DNA from: Dicyema japonicum
Lineage: Eukaryota > Animalia > Dicyemida
Length of the DNA: 62,530 bases
Assembly: GCA_011109175.1 (NCBI GenBank)
Contig: RDEW01000031.1
Coordinates: 315,970 to 378,499 of the forward strand
Reading direction: 5' to 3'
Shown here in pieces: positions 1 to 12,374 of the stretch. The first letter of the stretch is position 1; the number at the start of each line of letters is the position of its first letter. The notes under the pieces were generated by a model. It had not been told where the DNA came from and searched no databases. It saw nothing but the letters and a program-made list of their open reading frames with translations. Made by a program: the position numbers and the translations under genes.

Positions 1-224
1 AAAAGTCTCCACCATATTCAAGTGTTGGAAACTGTAACCAATCCCGGCATATATGAAGTAGTGAAACATATTTTCCCTGAGAGAGCGAAAAAATAGTATT
101 CAAATTAAATTTCAATAAAAAGCATTACTAAAAAAACTTAGAATGAATTTCAAAAAGAAAGATAAATTTGAATTAAAAAATAAGTAAATTAAGAAAAATT
201 CCAAAAAACAAGGGTAAACCAAAC

Positions 225-420
225 TAACTAATTCCTTGATTCTGAGTCGTCCCAGCAGCACCTTCATCCAAGAACAGTAATCCAGAAGATATTGTCCGGA
301 AGCTGATATCAATTCGATCAGTAACCGCCAGGGGACGAAATTACCTCTAGATGGAAAGAATAGTTGGATCCTTTTGAATGCCACCCAGTCAATGGGTGTA
401 TCCTAAGTAAGGTTGATCCC
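225..420 (-). repeat. Dispersed repeat, probably a LINE 3' fragment; homologous to 38153-38320
   Basis: Shares aaactaactaa(t/c)tccttgat(t/c)ctga and agaatagttggatcc...agtaagg(t)(t/a)gatcc blocks with 38153-38320; both translate on minus to ...RIKELVS. Confidence 0.55.
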
Positions 421-1639
421 ATGATGCCATCAGAGGAAAGGAAGGGGAATTTTCAATTAATTGGCTACTATATAATAAAGTTTTTAGAAGCTATTAGATG
501 AAATAAAAAGTAAATAAAATTTAGACAAACAAAAATGCTAATTTGGTTGATAAAATCGTTTCGGACACCGCTTTTGTAAAAATATAACTATATTTTTTAT
601 GTTCTGTCGATAATAATCTACTAATGCAGTATTGGTAATTTAAAATAGCATATATTTTAATTAAACTTAAAAATACATTAAAAAAATAACGTAATAAAGT
701 TAGTAGTCTTCACTATTTCGCTGGCTGTCGACAAATACGACGAGAATTAAAACACCCACCACAAACAAATTTAAACTGATAGCATAATTGTACAATAATT
801 ATAAAAGATGAATTTTAAATTTTAAAAAATAATTAATTTAAATATTAATTATTCTTTAAATTTAAAATTTTAATTCGAACAAAAAATTAGAGTTAGAAAG
901 AAAAAGACCGTTTAGTTATTTCCCCTTTTGACTTTTAGAGAAATCAGAAACGTGGGAAGGAGTTCAAGACATGAAAGCATCAATGGAGTTACTGGAAAAA
1001 GACGCCTTTAGTATTAGACTTTCAGTTGGAAAGAGAGAAATATCTTGATCGGGATGCTAGTTAAGTGGACGGCTTCTCCACTTCCAACTAGCGCTGACGG
1101 AAACTCACCCCGGATCCGCCTAAGAGAGGCCAAAAACTTTAAAAGAAAGAAGTTTGAAATTCTCAGACGACTTTTCGTTTTCAAACCCTTCGCCGGTCGA
1201 AACATCGGGGGGCTGATCGGATATGTTCCCTGACTTTTTTGCGATCCATCTCTTATTGCGAAAAAGAAAAGGAGATAAGAGAAAAATAACTAATTCAATG
1301 AACGTATTTCCTTGCGAATAGTAAGGGAAAATGGGTGTTCAATCATTAGAGCTGCCAGTTAAATCACTTGAATTAGTCGTTTGTTTTTTTTACTAATTTA
1401 AAATTCTTATTAATCCGCATGTTGATAATTTACCGGATTTTTGACTTTATGATTCTAAAAAACGAAATCCATCTACTTTGAACAATTACTCGCCGAAACA
1501 GAGACGTAAAATTTTAAATTGCAAATTTTATGTCACTTATTTAAGATATTGTGTCATAAAGTTATTAGTAAATTATATAAGTAATAATTTAATTATTATA
1601 GGGTTTCCTGATCATTATCGTTACTTTTTAGTCATTAAC

Positions 1640-1890
1640 ATTGGGTTGACGGTAAATATATTTTTAGATAAAATAACATCAAAACTTATAATGATGTCCG
1701 ATAAAAATCTTTGTTAGAAGAGGGAATCGAAGACCCGATCTTTATTTTGATAATGCCTGTATTCATCATTATACGGACATTAATGAATTGAATGAAGTAG
1801 CAAACTTCCATGTTCCATATATACCTCCTTACTCACCATTTTTAATCCAATAGAAAATGTATTCAGCAATAGAAATAATATTTCCAGAGT
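1640..1890 (+). mobile_element. Tc1/mariner-IS630 DDE transposase relic
   Basis: Frameshifted translation DNACIHH ... YIPPYSPFL(N)PIENVFS, matching the DDE_3 motifs DNAxxH and PPYSPxLNPIE. Confidence 0.7.
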
Positions 1891-2139
1891 AGGGTTTGAA
1901 AATGAGAAAAATTAAAAAAAAGATTGTTTTTACCCTCAATTGATAGAGAAATTACGCGAATGGTCGAGAGAAACCTATAATTCCTCGTTCCGTTTTAAGG
2001 CAAACTTCTATAAGTTACTAAAAATTTATGCTTGACGAGATACGAATCCAGAAATAGTTTTTTTTGCTCCGAAACATCGTATATACGATTTTTTTGAGTT
2101 TATATTATTATTATTATTATATTTTTGAGTTTATATTAT

Positions 2140-4790
2140 TATTATTATGTTTGAAGCTCTCTCAGGCCTCTATCCGTGCTCTTGGGGTATGGCACTGCCG
2201 CTCGTGCCTTGGAATTGGTTCTGGGTTTCCTAATGGTCACGCGAGTGCATGTACCTCCGGGGAAGACCTTTCCCATTTGGATCCAGATTCGCTGCTCAAA
2301 ATTATCAATGAACGCCGGTCATCGAGGAGTATCCCGGTGAAGATCCCTAAAGCAGACCGCCCCCTAGCTGCCGAAGCCTTAACCAAAGCAATCGACGATG
2401 CTCTCCGCTCCGACTCTATAAACGACTGGATACGTTTGTTTAATTTTGCTCCTTTCGCTCTCGGCTCCTCCAGAGATCGCAATGGAAAGGAGTCTCACTC
2501 TCAGATGGACCACGCAATCCAACCATTGATACTTACAAGACTCTATTGGGGAAACATCCACCCTCTCCGAATGACCTACGCCATTGCTCGCCCCCATCAG
2601 AAGTGACCCCTTTGACCACGTCGCCTGATGATGTCATCACGGCGTTATGGAACTTTGCACCAAGTAGCTGTGGAGGTCTCGATGGCTTAAGGCCCGGCCA
2701 TCTTAAAGACCTTATTTCACCGATTATTGGAGACCAAGCAAGTCGTCTTTCATACTCACTCACTTCTCTTATGAACAGGATATTATCTGGACATTTGCCT
2801 GATTTGATACGTCATATCTTGTTTTCGGCTAGTTTGATTGTCGTCGACAAGAAGGGAGGTGGAATCCGTCCAATCGCGGTCGGATTCACTTTCAGAAGAC
2901 TAGCAGCCAAGATTGCTTTCAGATTTTCTACGGCAATCTTGTCAAAATCTTTACTTCCCAGTCAAGTTGAAGTCGGAGTTCGTCTTGGATGTGAGGCAGC
3001 CGTTCACTCCGTCAGAAGATTCAGGAACAGCAGCATTCAAGACTTTAAAAGGCACATTATGGTAAAACTGGACATCAAGAACGCTTTTAACAGCTTAAGA
3101 AGAGACTGCATTCTGGAGGCCTGCAAGGAAAGATGTCCGTACATATTTGAACTGGTCAATTATTCATACGGAAAACCTTCATCACTGTTGCACGGGGATT
3201 TCATAGTTCCATCGTCCTCAGGTGTTCAACAGGGCGACCCCCTCGGACCACTGCTGTTCTCCCTCGGCATTGAGAGGATCACGAAGCTCTCTAGATGCCC
3301 ACTCAACATCTGGTACCTCGATGACGCTGTCTTAGGAGGTCCCCCGGAAACGGTCTTCCAGGACTTAGAAGTACTCATCCCCGCGCTGTCCGAGGTGGGT
3401 CTTCAGTTGAATATAACGAAATGTGAAATAACAAACTGTGGTCTTGCTGACGTTGACTTCTCTTCAATTGTTCAAAAATTTTACTCCTTGTATCCCGGTG
3501 GGATTTCGACCCCTGAAAATGAATTGATTTTTCTTGGATCCCCGATCACTAGTAATGCGATGAAGCATGTCCTCCTTGACAAAAAACGACTCCTATGCGA
3601 TTCGCTGGAAAGATTACAGCTGCTGGACTTGCACACAGCACTATTCCTATTGAAAAGAAGTCTCAACATAAAGAGAATCTCCTATCTACTAAGGACAGCT
3701 CCATATTATTCTCAACTGGAGCTGCTCGAGAATTTTGATTTGTCTCTCCTCAGCTCGACGGAGCAAATATTTAATGTCCGATTCGACGATGCAGGCTACA
3801 CTCCCAGTTAGATTCGGGGGTCTTGGAATCCGTCGAACTTTGGACGTCTCACATCCTGCTCATTTATCATCACTCACGACCTGCGAACCTTTGGTCAGGA
3901 GGATTCTACACTCCCCACTCGAATTCTCAACTGACCAAGAGGTAATCCACGCACGAGAAGCCTGGAATGCCACCAACCTCCCCCTGCCTCCATCCCAAGA
4001 TCGCCAGCGAAACCTGGACAACTTATTATGCTGGAAATCATTTGGACTCCTACTGGAATCTGCCAATCAGCACCGACGCGCTTGTTTGCTTTCGGGGGCT
4101 TCCCCTGAGAGCGGAGCTTGGCTAAACGCCATCCCAAATGGAGCTTTGGGCACTTTTCTGGATGATGAATGCGTTAGAACTGGTATCTCTCTGCGGCTGG
4201 GACTAAAAGTATGTGTACCTCACCCGTGCCGATGTGGCATACTGATAGACTGCTATGGCCTGCACCCTCTCGCCTGCAGGAGGAGCGCTGGCAGATCCCC
4301 AAGGCACAAGGCTCTGAATGAAATTGTCAGGCGAGCTTTGGATGCTGCTGGATACTCGGCCATTCTTGAACCGGTCGGGTTATGCAGAAGTGACGGGAAA
4401 CGACCGGACGGGATGACCATATTTCCATTTGAGGCCGGGAAACCACTGGTTTGGGATGTGACATGTACAGACACGTTCGCCCAGAAAAATCTTCACGAGA
4501 GTGCTACAAGGGCCTGTTCAGCATCCGTAAAGGCGGAGAAGGCCAAACTCGTTAAATACGTCGACCTTCCCGATGATGTCAAATTTGTTCCCCTTGCTAT
4601 GGAGACTTCCGGATCCTACTCCCCCTCTACACTCGAGTTTTTCGGACGTCTTGGAAACCGGATCACCTCATGCACTGGAGATCTCCGTGAACGCCGCTGG
4701 CTATTTGAGCGAATCTCGCTCGCAATTTTGAGAGGGAAAAGCCACGCAGTGAGGGCGGCAACTACCTGACTTCTATTGTTTAATAATAGT
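2140..4790 (+). mobile_element. CRE-like (R2 superfamily) RT+RLE retrotransposon, near full length, frameshifted
   Basis: ORFs 2064-2606, 2546-3811 and 3735-4769 give an N-terminal CxxC..H..C finger, GIRPIAVG, KLDIKNAFNS, GVQQGDPLGPLLF, WYLDD, a CRCG..H.LAC..RH zinc finger and RLE RPDG..WDVTC..K..KY. Confidence 0.92.
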
Positions 4791-4800
4791 ATAAATTTCC

Positions 4801-5442
4801 TTATTATTATATTATTATAAAGCACAACGTTTTGCCATTGGAAATGACGAAACCAGTGCAGTACCAAACATTAATCTTTTAGTTAATTTTTTCCACTTTC
4901 CACGATCCTGAGCCAAATCCCTCAAGTAATCCATATCACCAGCTATAAATAAAAGTCGGCCAATTCTAAATATAAATCTGATAAATCTGAGTAGAAGTCA
5001 TCAAATAGAGCCGGATCTTTGTTAATCCAACCACTGTGAGGTGCGTATACATTGAATATGGAGACAATGTCAGTGCTTGCTTTGGCATTCATAAACTTCA
5101 TTTGTAGAACTCCGATGCGGTCATTAACTGCCCATACTCTGTAGATATGGAGGAGAAATTCCATTTTGATTGCAAAACCCAGTCCATGGTGCCTGTTGAC
5201 AGTCGGGAAAAAGATCAATTTGAATTTACCACATGTTTCTTCGTGGTTATCTTGGATTTGGTTTCCTGTAGGCAACCGATTGCTGCATCATAATTATGTA
5301 GGTCTTGACAGAGGGAGGTCCTTTTCCAAGAAGAGGTTAGGCCTCGGACGTTGAATGAGAGCAGCGATAATTTCTCAAAAAGATAAGGTTCGTACTTTTC
5401 AGACATGTTAATACTTTATTAGAGCCACGTCACCAGCTCAAC
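4801..5442 (-). mobile_element. Internally deleted (bipartite) RTE element, copy 1
   Basis: RTE-type APE N-half (SFNVRGL, CLQETK, HGLGFAI, NVYAP) joined directly to the RTE C-terminal LRDLAQDRGKWRK motif and a (TAA)n tail; near-identical to 40591-41233. Confidence 0.85.
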
Positions 5443-6959
5443 TGAGTTTATATACGATTTATTTAAACGCTAAGGAGACAAAAGATTACATTTATCGTGA
5501 AGATAAAAAGACGTTTCATGCGGCACATAACCACCTCAACCTTCTGACCAATTAACTACTTGACCAACTGGACAGGAAGAGATAGCTAAACTAAAAGAGA
5601 GACGTTTTCCGAGAATAGTATCATTTCCGAACTATTAAAATATAATTATGTATACTAGGAGAGAATAAACTCTCACAAACGAAAAATGATTCATCCACAA
5701 CAATTATCATTTTGCAGTCTGTAATCCTAAAAAATAACTCAAGTTTTATTCAACATAAAAATAAGAATTGAGAATTAATAATAATATAATGAACCACATG
5801 TGTTAGAGGTGGACCACAACGGCCTTTACCTGCTTTCTACTACCTCTTAGAACAGTGATCGCCAGTGTCTGTCACAATGACAAGTTCCAGTGGACGAGTG
5901 AAGCTGTCGGTTTTTCCAAAGCAAGATTCGGGAAGATTCCTCGTGGTGAATGGAAGTTGATTGCCGACATTTTTAATGAAAGATTTTCAACCAGAAAAAC
6001 CATTTCAAATTTCAAGAAATTACTTAAGGGAGGGATTCCTAAGAACTGTGATGAATACGATTCTACGGGATGCGAGGGCTCTGACCGGGAAAATCTCTAT
6101 CAGACTGGTCAAAATGGATGTCCTTACTGCACTGAATGCAGCCATTTCAAATTATACGGCTGTCCAATCGCCTGTTGATCTAACGAAGTAACAACATTAC
6201 GCAGGACAACGGGCGTGTGAAATTACCAACATCAAGTAAATAGAAGAGAATACTGAAAAGAGGATAGCCGTATTTAAGGAAAATTGTTTTTTTAATGACT
6301 TTGAAGGCCAAAGGAGTAAGGAGGATAAGGAACGAATGATGAATATATCAGTCTGACCTCGTTTTGGGGAAACTTAAACAGTGGGGAAAACCTCTTTCTG
6401 GAGAAAATCTCAAGGAAATACAGTCAATCTGTATAAATATGCATTTATTTGAGAGAAGTATTTCATCTCTAAATCAAGTCCGACTAAAAAGGGAAGAAAT
6501 CTTATGTGAAGGCTTCTAAACGTTAGTTTTGGTAAATGGATGTCAATTAAATCCGGAAGTTTATCAAGTTTTTCGTTCCCGATCAACGTTAATACTTATT
6601 GTTGCCAAAATTGCAAAAAGGCATTCTAATAAAGACTAACTGATGGATAATGTAATTTGTTTACTTGTGGCCTTAAATAAATCAGAAATATGAAATTGCT
6701 TTGAAAAGGCCTTGGAACTTTATGACACTAGACAACAACATGATAACGAAAATAACCCAAGCAATCAGGATATATTTGGAAAATGAAAATTTAGAGACCT
6801 TTTATGATGATCTGTAGAAGATAACAGGGAGATATTAGATTATGAACTCATGAAAGATATGAACGTGCTTTCATATTGCACCTCAATCTAGTCAAACAAG
6901 AAACTGCTAGAAGATGTTATTAAAAAAGATTTAAAGCAGATATAAAAACGTCGAAGAGT

Positions 6960-7580
6960 CAGTTAATTATGGCTCTTCCCTGAGATCGGGGATTCACCAG
7001 CACTATCTTCAAACTGAGGCATCTCTTCTTTTCTTAACAAAGGGCATCTACTGCACCATCCGCAGGTGATCGTACAAGCGAAGTATGAAGCCAAAGCTGC
7101 AAGCGACTTTAACTCCACACTGGAAACAACTAAATTTTTACAACAGAAAGTCATCTGTCTTGTAGAAACGACATATATCGTCGGTAGCACGGCCAACTCC
7201 ATAACAATTTAATGAAAGTCGTTATCATCAATCCAGAGGGCAGAATTTTTAACAAAATTTCGAAACGTCTCACTCCGATTTCACTGAAACAGTGATTCAC
7301 ATGTCCAAAGGGGGATATAGAATTAACATAATCACAAAAGTTCTTTTTGTCCTCTTCTTTTATGAATTCAAAGCGGAAGACCCCAGAAGCATTGTGACTC
7401 AATCTCATAAATCCCTACAAGTCGTATGATGATAGGATGTTTGAGAGTTTGATAGCGCAAAAATTAGAGGTCACTGAAATCTGTGCAAACATATTAGCGG
7501 AGTATTCAAAAACTGAAGAATCATGAAATATCAACTTCATAGAGTCGATGCAGTTCTCAAATATTTACTTTAGCCTCATT
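6960..7580 (-). mobile_element. Degenerate Penelope-like RT relic
   Basis: Fragments FEYSANMFAQ and F..EEDKKNFCDYVNSI resemble the PLE F.F...Y.Q and FL.YLNS regions, in the expected order; heavily decayed. Confidence 0.4.
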
Positions 7581-7739
7581 GGTCTTGTTCTCAAGAACTA
7601 ATGTTCTAGAACTTCCATTAATATTTTAGTATAAAAATAATTGAAGAACTTTTAATTAATATTATTATTTATTAATTTTTTTTATATTTAATTATTTAAA
7701 TTTTAAATAAATACAAACCGAAAAATTGTTTGTTGTTGT

Positions 7740-8108
7740 ATGGTTAAGGTTGTTTTGTACAAGTTTATTTTAAAACTTTTAAAAGATAATAATCCATGTG
7801 TGGAATGGATTGGCCATAAAATATTCAGAATTACTGATATGGTAGAGCTCGCAAGGCTCTGGGGAATAATAAAACGTAATCCAAAAATGACAGTCAATTC
7901 AGTAAACAGAAATATAAGAAATTATTACGAAAATCCGTCAATATTGAAAAGAATAAGCAAAGATGCTTATCTATTACTGGCGGCTGACCTGTCATTGCCA
8001 ATTGCTTCACAAATATGCGAGTTTGATGATATTATGCTTAAAGAAGCTGTATTTGCATGTGATCAACTATTAATGCATGAGGGTGGCTTGTCCATATCCA
8101 TTCGGTAA
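7740..8108 (+). CDS. ETS-domain transcription factor, divergent, intronless, 122 aa
   Basis: LYKFILKLL..CVEW..IFRITD..ELARLWG..K.NPKM....RNIRNYY matches ETS consensus LWxFLxxLL..I.W..F...D...VAR.WG..K..P.MNY.KLSRALRYYY; open frame ATG to TAA; AATAAA about 100 nt downstream. Confidence 0.87.
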   Translation: MVKVVLYKFILKLLKDNNPCVEWIGHKIFRITDMVELARLWGIIKRNPKMTVNSVNRNIRNYYENPSILKRISKDAYLLLAADLSLPIASQICEFDDIMLKEAVFACDQLLMHEGGLSISIR

Positions 8109-8419
8109 TAATTTGATCCATGACTATCACCCATTAAACACTAATGACTGGTATAATGGGCTTGCAAATTATAACTATTATCTTATAATTATTATTAATA
8201 TGCTTTTTATAATAAAATTATGTATTCTTTGTGTTTTGAGTTTAGTTTTAATTAGGCTTTGATCTAAAACTTTGATTTTTTAAATGTAATTTTTCACTAA
8301 AAATTATTTAGTTTGCGAGTTGCCATGGTAATACGTCTTTTGCGGTTTGTCTGCGGTTAATTAAACAAAAAATCTCAACACGATTGTGTAAGCAAGGTTT
8401 AAGTGGCAAAGCATCAGAA

Positions 8420-9670
8420 AAATTACGGTTACGAACATTCAATGGACGCTTCGAACATCTTCCAGTATCAAGTTGCTTCTGTCAACCTCACATGCCTCAA
8501 ACAAATCGCCCTAGAAAACCTACCAAAAATCACACTTGTCTCCGACAACTATGAGATACGATCGGTAACTTCTTTCTTCCATGGAGCAGCAGTGCTGGCC
8601 TACCCTTAAGCCATATAAAAGACCTTACTTCTATTATCGCTGCCAATACAGAAAATTTCCAAATCAGCTCTATGAAGGTTATCTCTAACCGCATTTGCAG
8701 GCATAAATTTTATACTATGCCATCGAAATGCTATTTTCTGTCGAAATCATCGTCGATCACGGGATATCCAAACTAAAATAGCATTTACAATCTCTAAAAT
8801 TGTTTCTCAAAACCGGACATTGAAGATACGATCCCTATCGACGGGAAGTTGTTCGAATTGTGTAAAGTAGGTGAAATCCTTAGAACATATGCAAGCCTCT
8901 GTACGTTGAGGCTATTCATTAGGAGGAATAATTATGTGTGCACGTCAAGTAGACATAAGCGGTCTAGAGTTTCTTCGAATAACTGTAGTTTTTCTTGTAT
9001 AGCTCCCTCCATTGCACGCATAGTGATTGGGGATCCGAGGGATATAAAGTCTTTCTCAGGCGAGGAAATACTACCAGGCAGTTAATTTGAGAAAATGGCA
9101 CAGCTTGTGAATATTCTTTTCTGGAAGTCCATAATTGTAGATTTCACATTTACTGTAATTTAATTCCAGTCCAGCTTCTGACAGAGCAGGAATTATCACC
9201 TTTAAATCCTGGAAGACAGTATCTGGGAATACTCTATAAACCGTATCAATCCAGATAATAACAGGTTGATAAGCGAACGAGATGTTAGTGATTCTTTCGA
9301 TTGCAAAAAAGAACAACAGAGGTTCACGGGGATCTCCTTGTTGCACTCCAGAAGACGACAGGATTAGCTAGTCCCCGAAAGATGAAGATAGAATATAGGA
9401 CTGATTTACAATTTCGATAATTTTATATTTCCATGCACTAGTCAAAATATAATTTTTCCTCAGACAGTAAAGACGTTCTTGATGTATAGTTTAATAAGGA
9501 CATCTCCGGATAATCTTTCGATACTAGTTTAGAATGTTCTAACGGAATGTACAGAGGTCTCACATCCTAGACGAACTCCGACTCCTATTTGAGGGGGTTC
9601 AAGAATTGTTTAACGATGGGGCTAGAATATCGGGAAACAATTTTGTCAGCCAGCCTCCTTAAAGACAAAC
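8420..9670 (-). mobile_element. CRE-like RT relic
   Basis: RRLADKI, GVGVRLGCE, QQGDP..PLLF, TVFQDLKVIIPALSEAGL and GSPIT..LDVHT are collinear with the 2546-3811 RT. Confidence 0.85.
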
Positions 9671-9719
9671 CTGACCTCAAATAAAGTGATCTGATGTCTG
9701 CGCGGGTTATTATTTTATT

Positions 9720-10650
9720 ATTAATTAACCACGGATACACCGAGAAATAAGTTAAAGTAAACAACTAATTAAGTGTATCCAGTTTCCACTTCTACATAAA
9801 CAGAGTCCATCCGGAATCAACATAAAGGGTAAAATACGTCCATACTTGCAGTTGTGGAAACCACTCCAGTGGAGTGGGGGAGAGCAAATGATCCTTTTTC
9901 GTGCATCCTGGCACTGGACGCCACCTAGACAGGTGAATCACATGACACCACTCTAATAGGAAGAGGGAGGAGGAACAGAAGAACAAACAGAAACTTCAAC
10001 CAATTAGCCACGAAACACCACATGGTGCCACACGGCTAGCTTGCATATTAGTTCTCTAGATGGAGCATTCTTCCTTGTTCGGACTATGCGTCGCCTGCAT
10101 TTGGTTAGAATATGTGGGGTACCCTTGGATGTGGTTCCTCACATAAAAGAACGAATATTGCTCCTCATGGAAGCAATAAGAGACTCCTTTCTGTGACAAA
10201 ATCTCTGATGATTTGTTGATACGGTTTTCCTCGAAGTATGAACAGGATATTCGAAAGAAGAGGAGATTATGCTTATACTCACAGATACAATTTTCCGCAT
10301 CACAACAATCACTCACATTAGGAATTATAGAAGGCTCTATCCATGGAATTTTGCATGATTTTGTCGAACTTCAAAATTGAGGAAAACGGGATTTAACCCA
10401 CAATTCCATATAATATAACGCTTGCAAGCATAATAGAGTTCAATCCTATAAGTAACAGCATAAATACAATCATCTACAAGTTTCCCGATTCTGATAGATA
10501 TTCAGCGTTTTACAACTACCACGGCGTATCCGATGCTTCCTTGGTTCAAATTACCAGATTTCAAATTCTCCAGAGTAGGAAAGAAAACGATGGATTTGAT
10601 CAGCCATAAAACGATCCAAACACTTGTGAAACAGTGGTACATCAGCATCC
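9720..10650 (-). mobile_element. Degraded LINE RT/C-terminal region with a 3' end shared with 18073-18200
   Basis: About 120 nt (ttaaccacggatac...gagtccatccggaatc...cttgcag) are shared with 18073-18200; weak QGS..VDD motif near 10480-10560. Confidence 0.4.
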
Positions 10651-10956
10651 GACCAATAGATGTCTAACTGTTACAATCCTACATAAATTAAAATCATAAT
10701 AATTATGGATATATTAAAATATCCTAAGAACTAAAAATAACGAAAGTAATGGTGACAGTCCACTACACGTTCTCTGTAATATTATATATTAATGTAGTTG
10801 TTATTAGGAAAGCATTAGCCAATATCCCAAAAGTGTAATAACTCATTGTAAATATAATAGCTATTCCAAAGATAGTCAATGTGGTAAATAAATTGACAAA
10901 TAGCAAAACTAATAATAATACATTATGGAATAACTTTAATAATACAGTAACCATCA

Positions 10957-12015
10957 TTATACAAAAATATTACTTGATTGTACGGCGGTCAAATGACACA
11001 TCCTCAAAGTCTTCCCCACTGGTAATCCAGTAGTTGATTTGTCTAGAAGATTAATGACTGCACATGCTTCCTCATATTTCACAAATTAACGAATCCAATG
11101 CAACCATTAGCCCCATTACCTGATAGGGAGTTTATATATGCAATAGCTCCTTGAAAACAATTGGTAAAGCTGCAGGATATCGAATTCAAACTGCAAATTG
11201 GAGACATACACGCAGTAGTGGGAGACTGGAGGCCTCACTGACTGTCCCATTGAATTGAATCTGTTGTAAGAGTGGGGGTTGTTGGAGGAGGGAGGTGGAG
11301 GACAACAGATCTGAATGTACACAATTGGAATTAGTTGGGAATACTGAGGGTTCCTCGGCTTCTCATTAATTTTGGAGTTCTGTCTGACATACTTTACAAT
11401 CAAGAATTTGTCGGTCCCCGGGAGGATCTGTTTGTAGTTCAATACATTGATAGCCGTCAGCACACACTTTGTGACGGAATTTGACCATTCGCGTTCACTT
11501 TGACATCAAATGGCCGTCCTTTAAAAGTCAGATGGAATAGGCTGTCCCAAATGCCTCGAAGAGTGATCGAAGGTCGTGCTCTTGAAATGAAGGAGGCAGA
11601 TTCTGTACGTATAGGTTCACGGTCTCCGTTTCTTCACCGGATTCCATAGATAAAATGACCTGAATCAAGATAAACTTGCAACCCTGATGGCTTTTTCGTT
11701 GATAATTCTGCTGTCCAATAAGTCTTTGGCCTTCTGACACTCTTCCTTTGTAGAATATTCGATGAAACCGTATCACAGGAAACTCATAGTTGCCTGGTCG
11801 ATAAGTTTGAAGCCAATGACCTGTCGTTGAAATAATGGAATTACCGAGGAAACAGAGCCAAAGAGTGAGAGAAGATAGTCTGCAGTGATGGCGAGGTTAC
11901 ACACAATCAGTTCGTTGTCGTAGAAAGAAGGTTTCATTTCCTTGTTGGTTGTACTATTAAGCCTGGGTAAATTAAATAAGTACATTTTTGTCAGAATATC
12001 GTTATTTCCGTACAT
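10957..12015 (-). pseudogene. ELAV: ELAV/Hu-family 3-RRM RNA-binding protein, disrupted, with predicted 21-24 nt introns
   Basis: RRM1 ELIVCNL..SLFGS..FKLID..L*YGFIEY..KAIRV; RRM2 VNLYVQNLP..LFEAFG..AINVLN..LPG...LIVKY; linker RFNSM; RRM3 YCVYVSNL..LYQLFS..GFVN..YEEA. Three in-frame TGA (11773, 11528, 11495) and several frameshifts. Confidence 0.85.
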
Positions 12016-12189
12016 TTGGCAGTCAAAAGAAAAAAGACAACAACAAACTAAAACTTTATTTTTTATTAATTTTAATTTATATTTAGTTTGTTTATTAATT
12101 TATTTGGATATTATTATATTATGCTTTTAAAAATAAGAATTTTGGTATTTAATATTCTATAGATTTATTTTTAACGTCATGTTGTTCGC

Positions 12190-12365
12190 CGTTTCTGTGA
12201 CGAAAACTGTGGAATATACTTCACAGACAAAAGAACCATCCTCTACGTCCAATCCAAGAGGAATGTCCTTCTTGGACGGTCTTCCCACTGGCCTCTCTCT
12301 CCTGCCTTGATGGAATCCCACCAGATGCTTTCCGGCGATGTGAACCCCATCCTGGACCTTGAAAA
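12190..12365 (-). mobile_element. Possible RTE C-terminal fragment
   Basis: Translation ..GRRERPVGRPSK resembles the RTE R..GRP motif. Confidence 0.35.
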
Positions 12366-12374
12366 CCCATTATT

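Noticed and set aside
2237-4867. Minus-strand ORFs overlapping the CRE element, and similar antisense ORFs over other LINEs
   Set aside because: Shadow frames of GC-richer retroelement coding sequence.
5800-6500. Myb/SANT-like N-terminus of an RLE element (W..IA..FNERF)
   Set aside because: Only a loose pattern with no downstream RT motifs; left unassigned.
11495-11775. Reassignment of TGA to Gly (two of three ELAV TGAs fall at conserved Gly positions)
   Set aside because: Other in-frame TGAs in the window replace Trp (14394, about 21507), Cys (about 21474), Arg (11528) and Ser (about 44667), and the same gene has frameshifts. Random decay explains it, and TGA is used as a true stop at 4769, 14969 and 37344.
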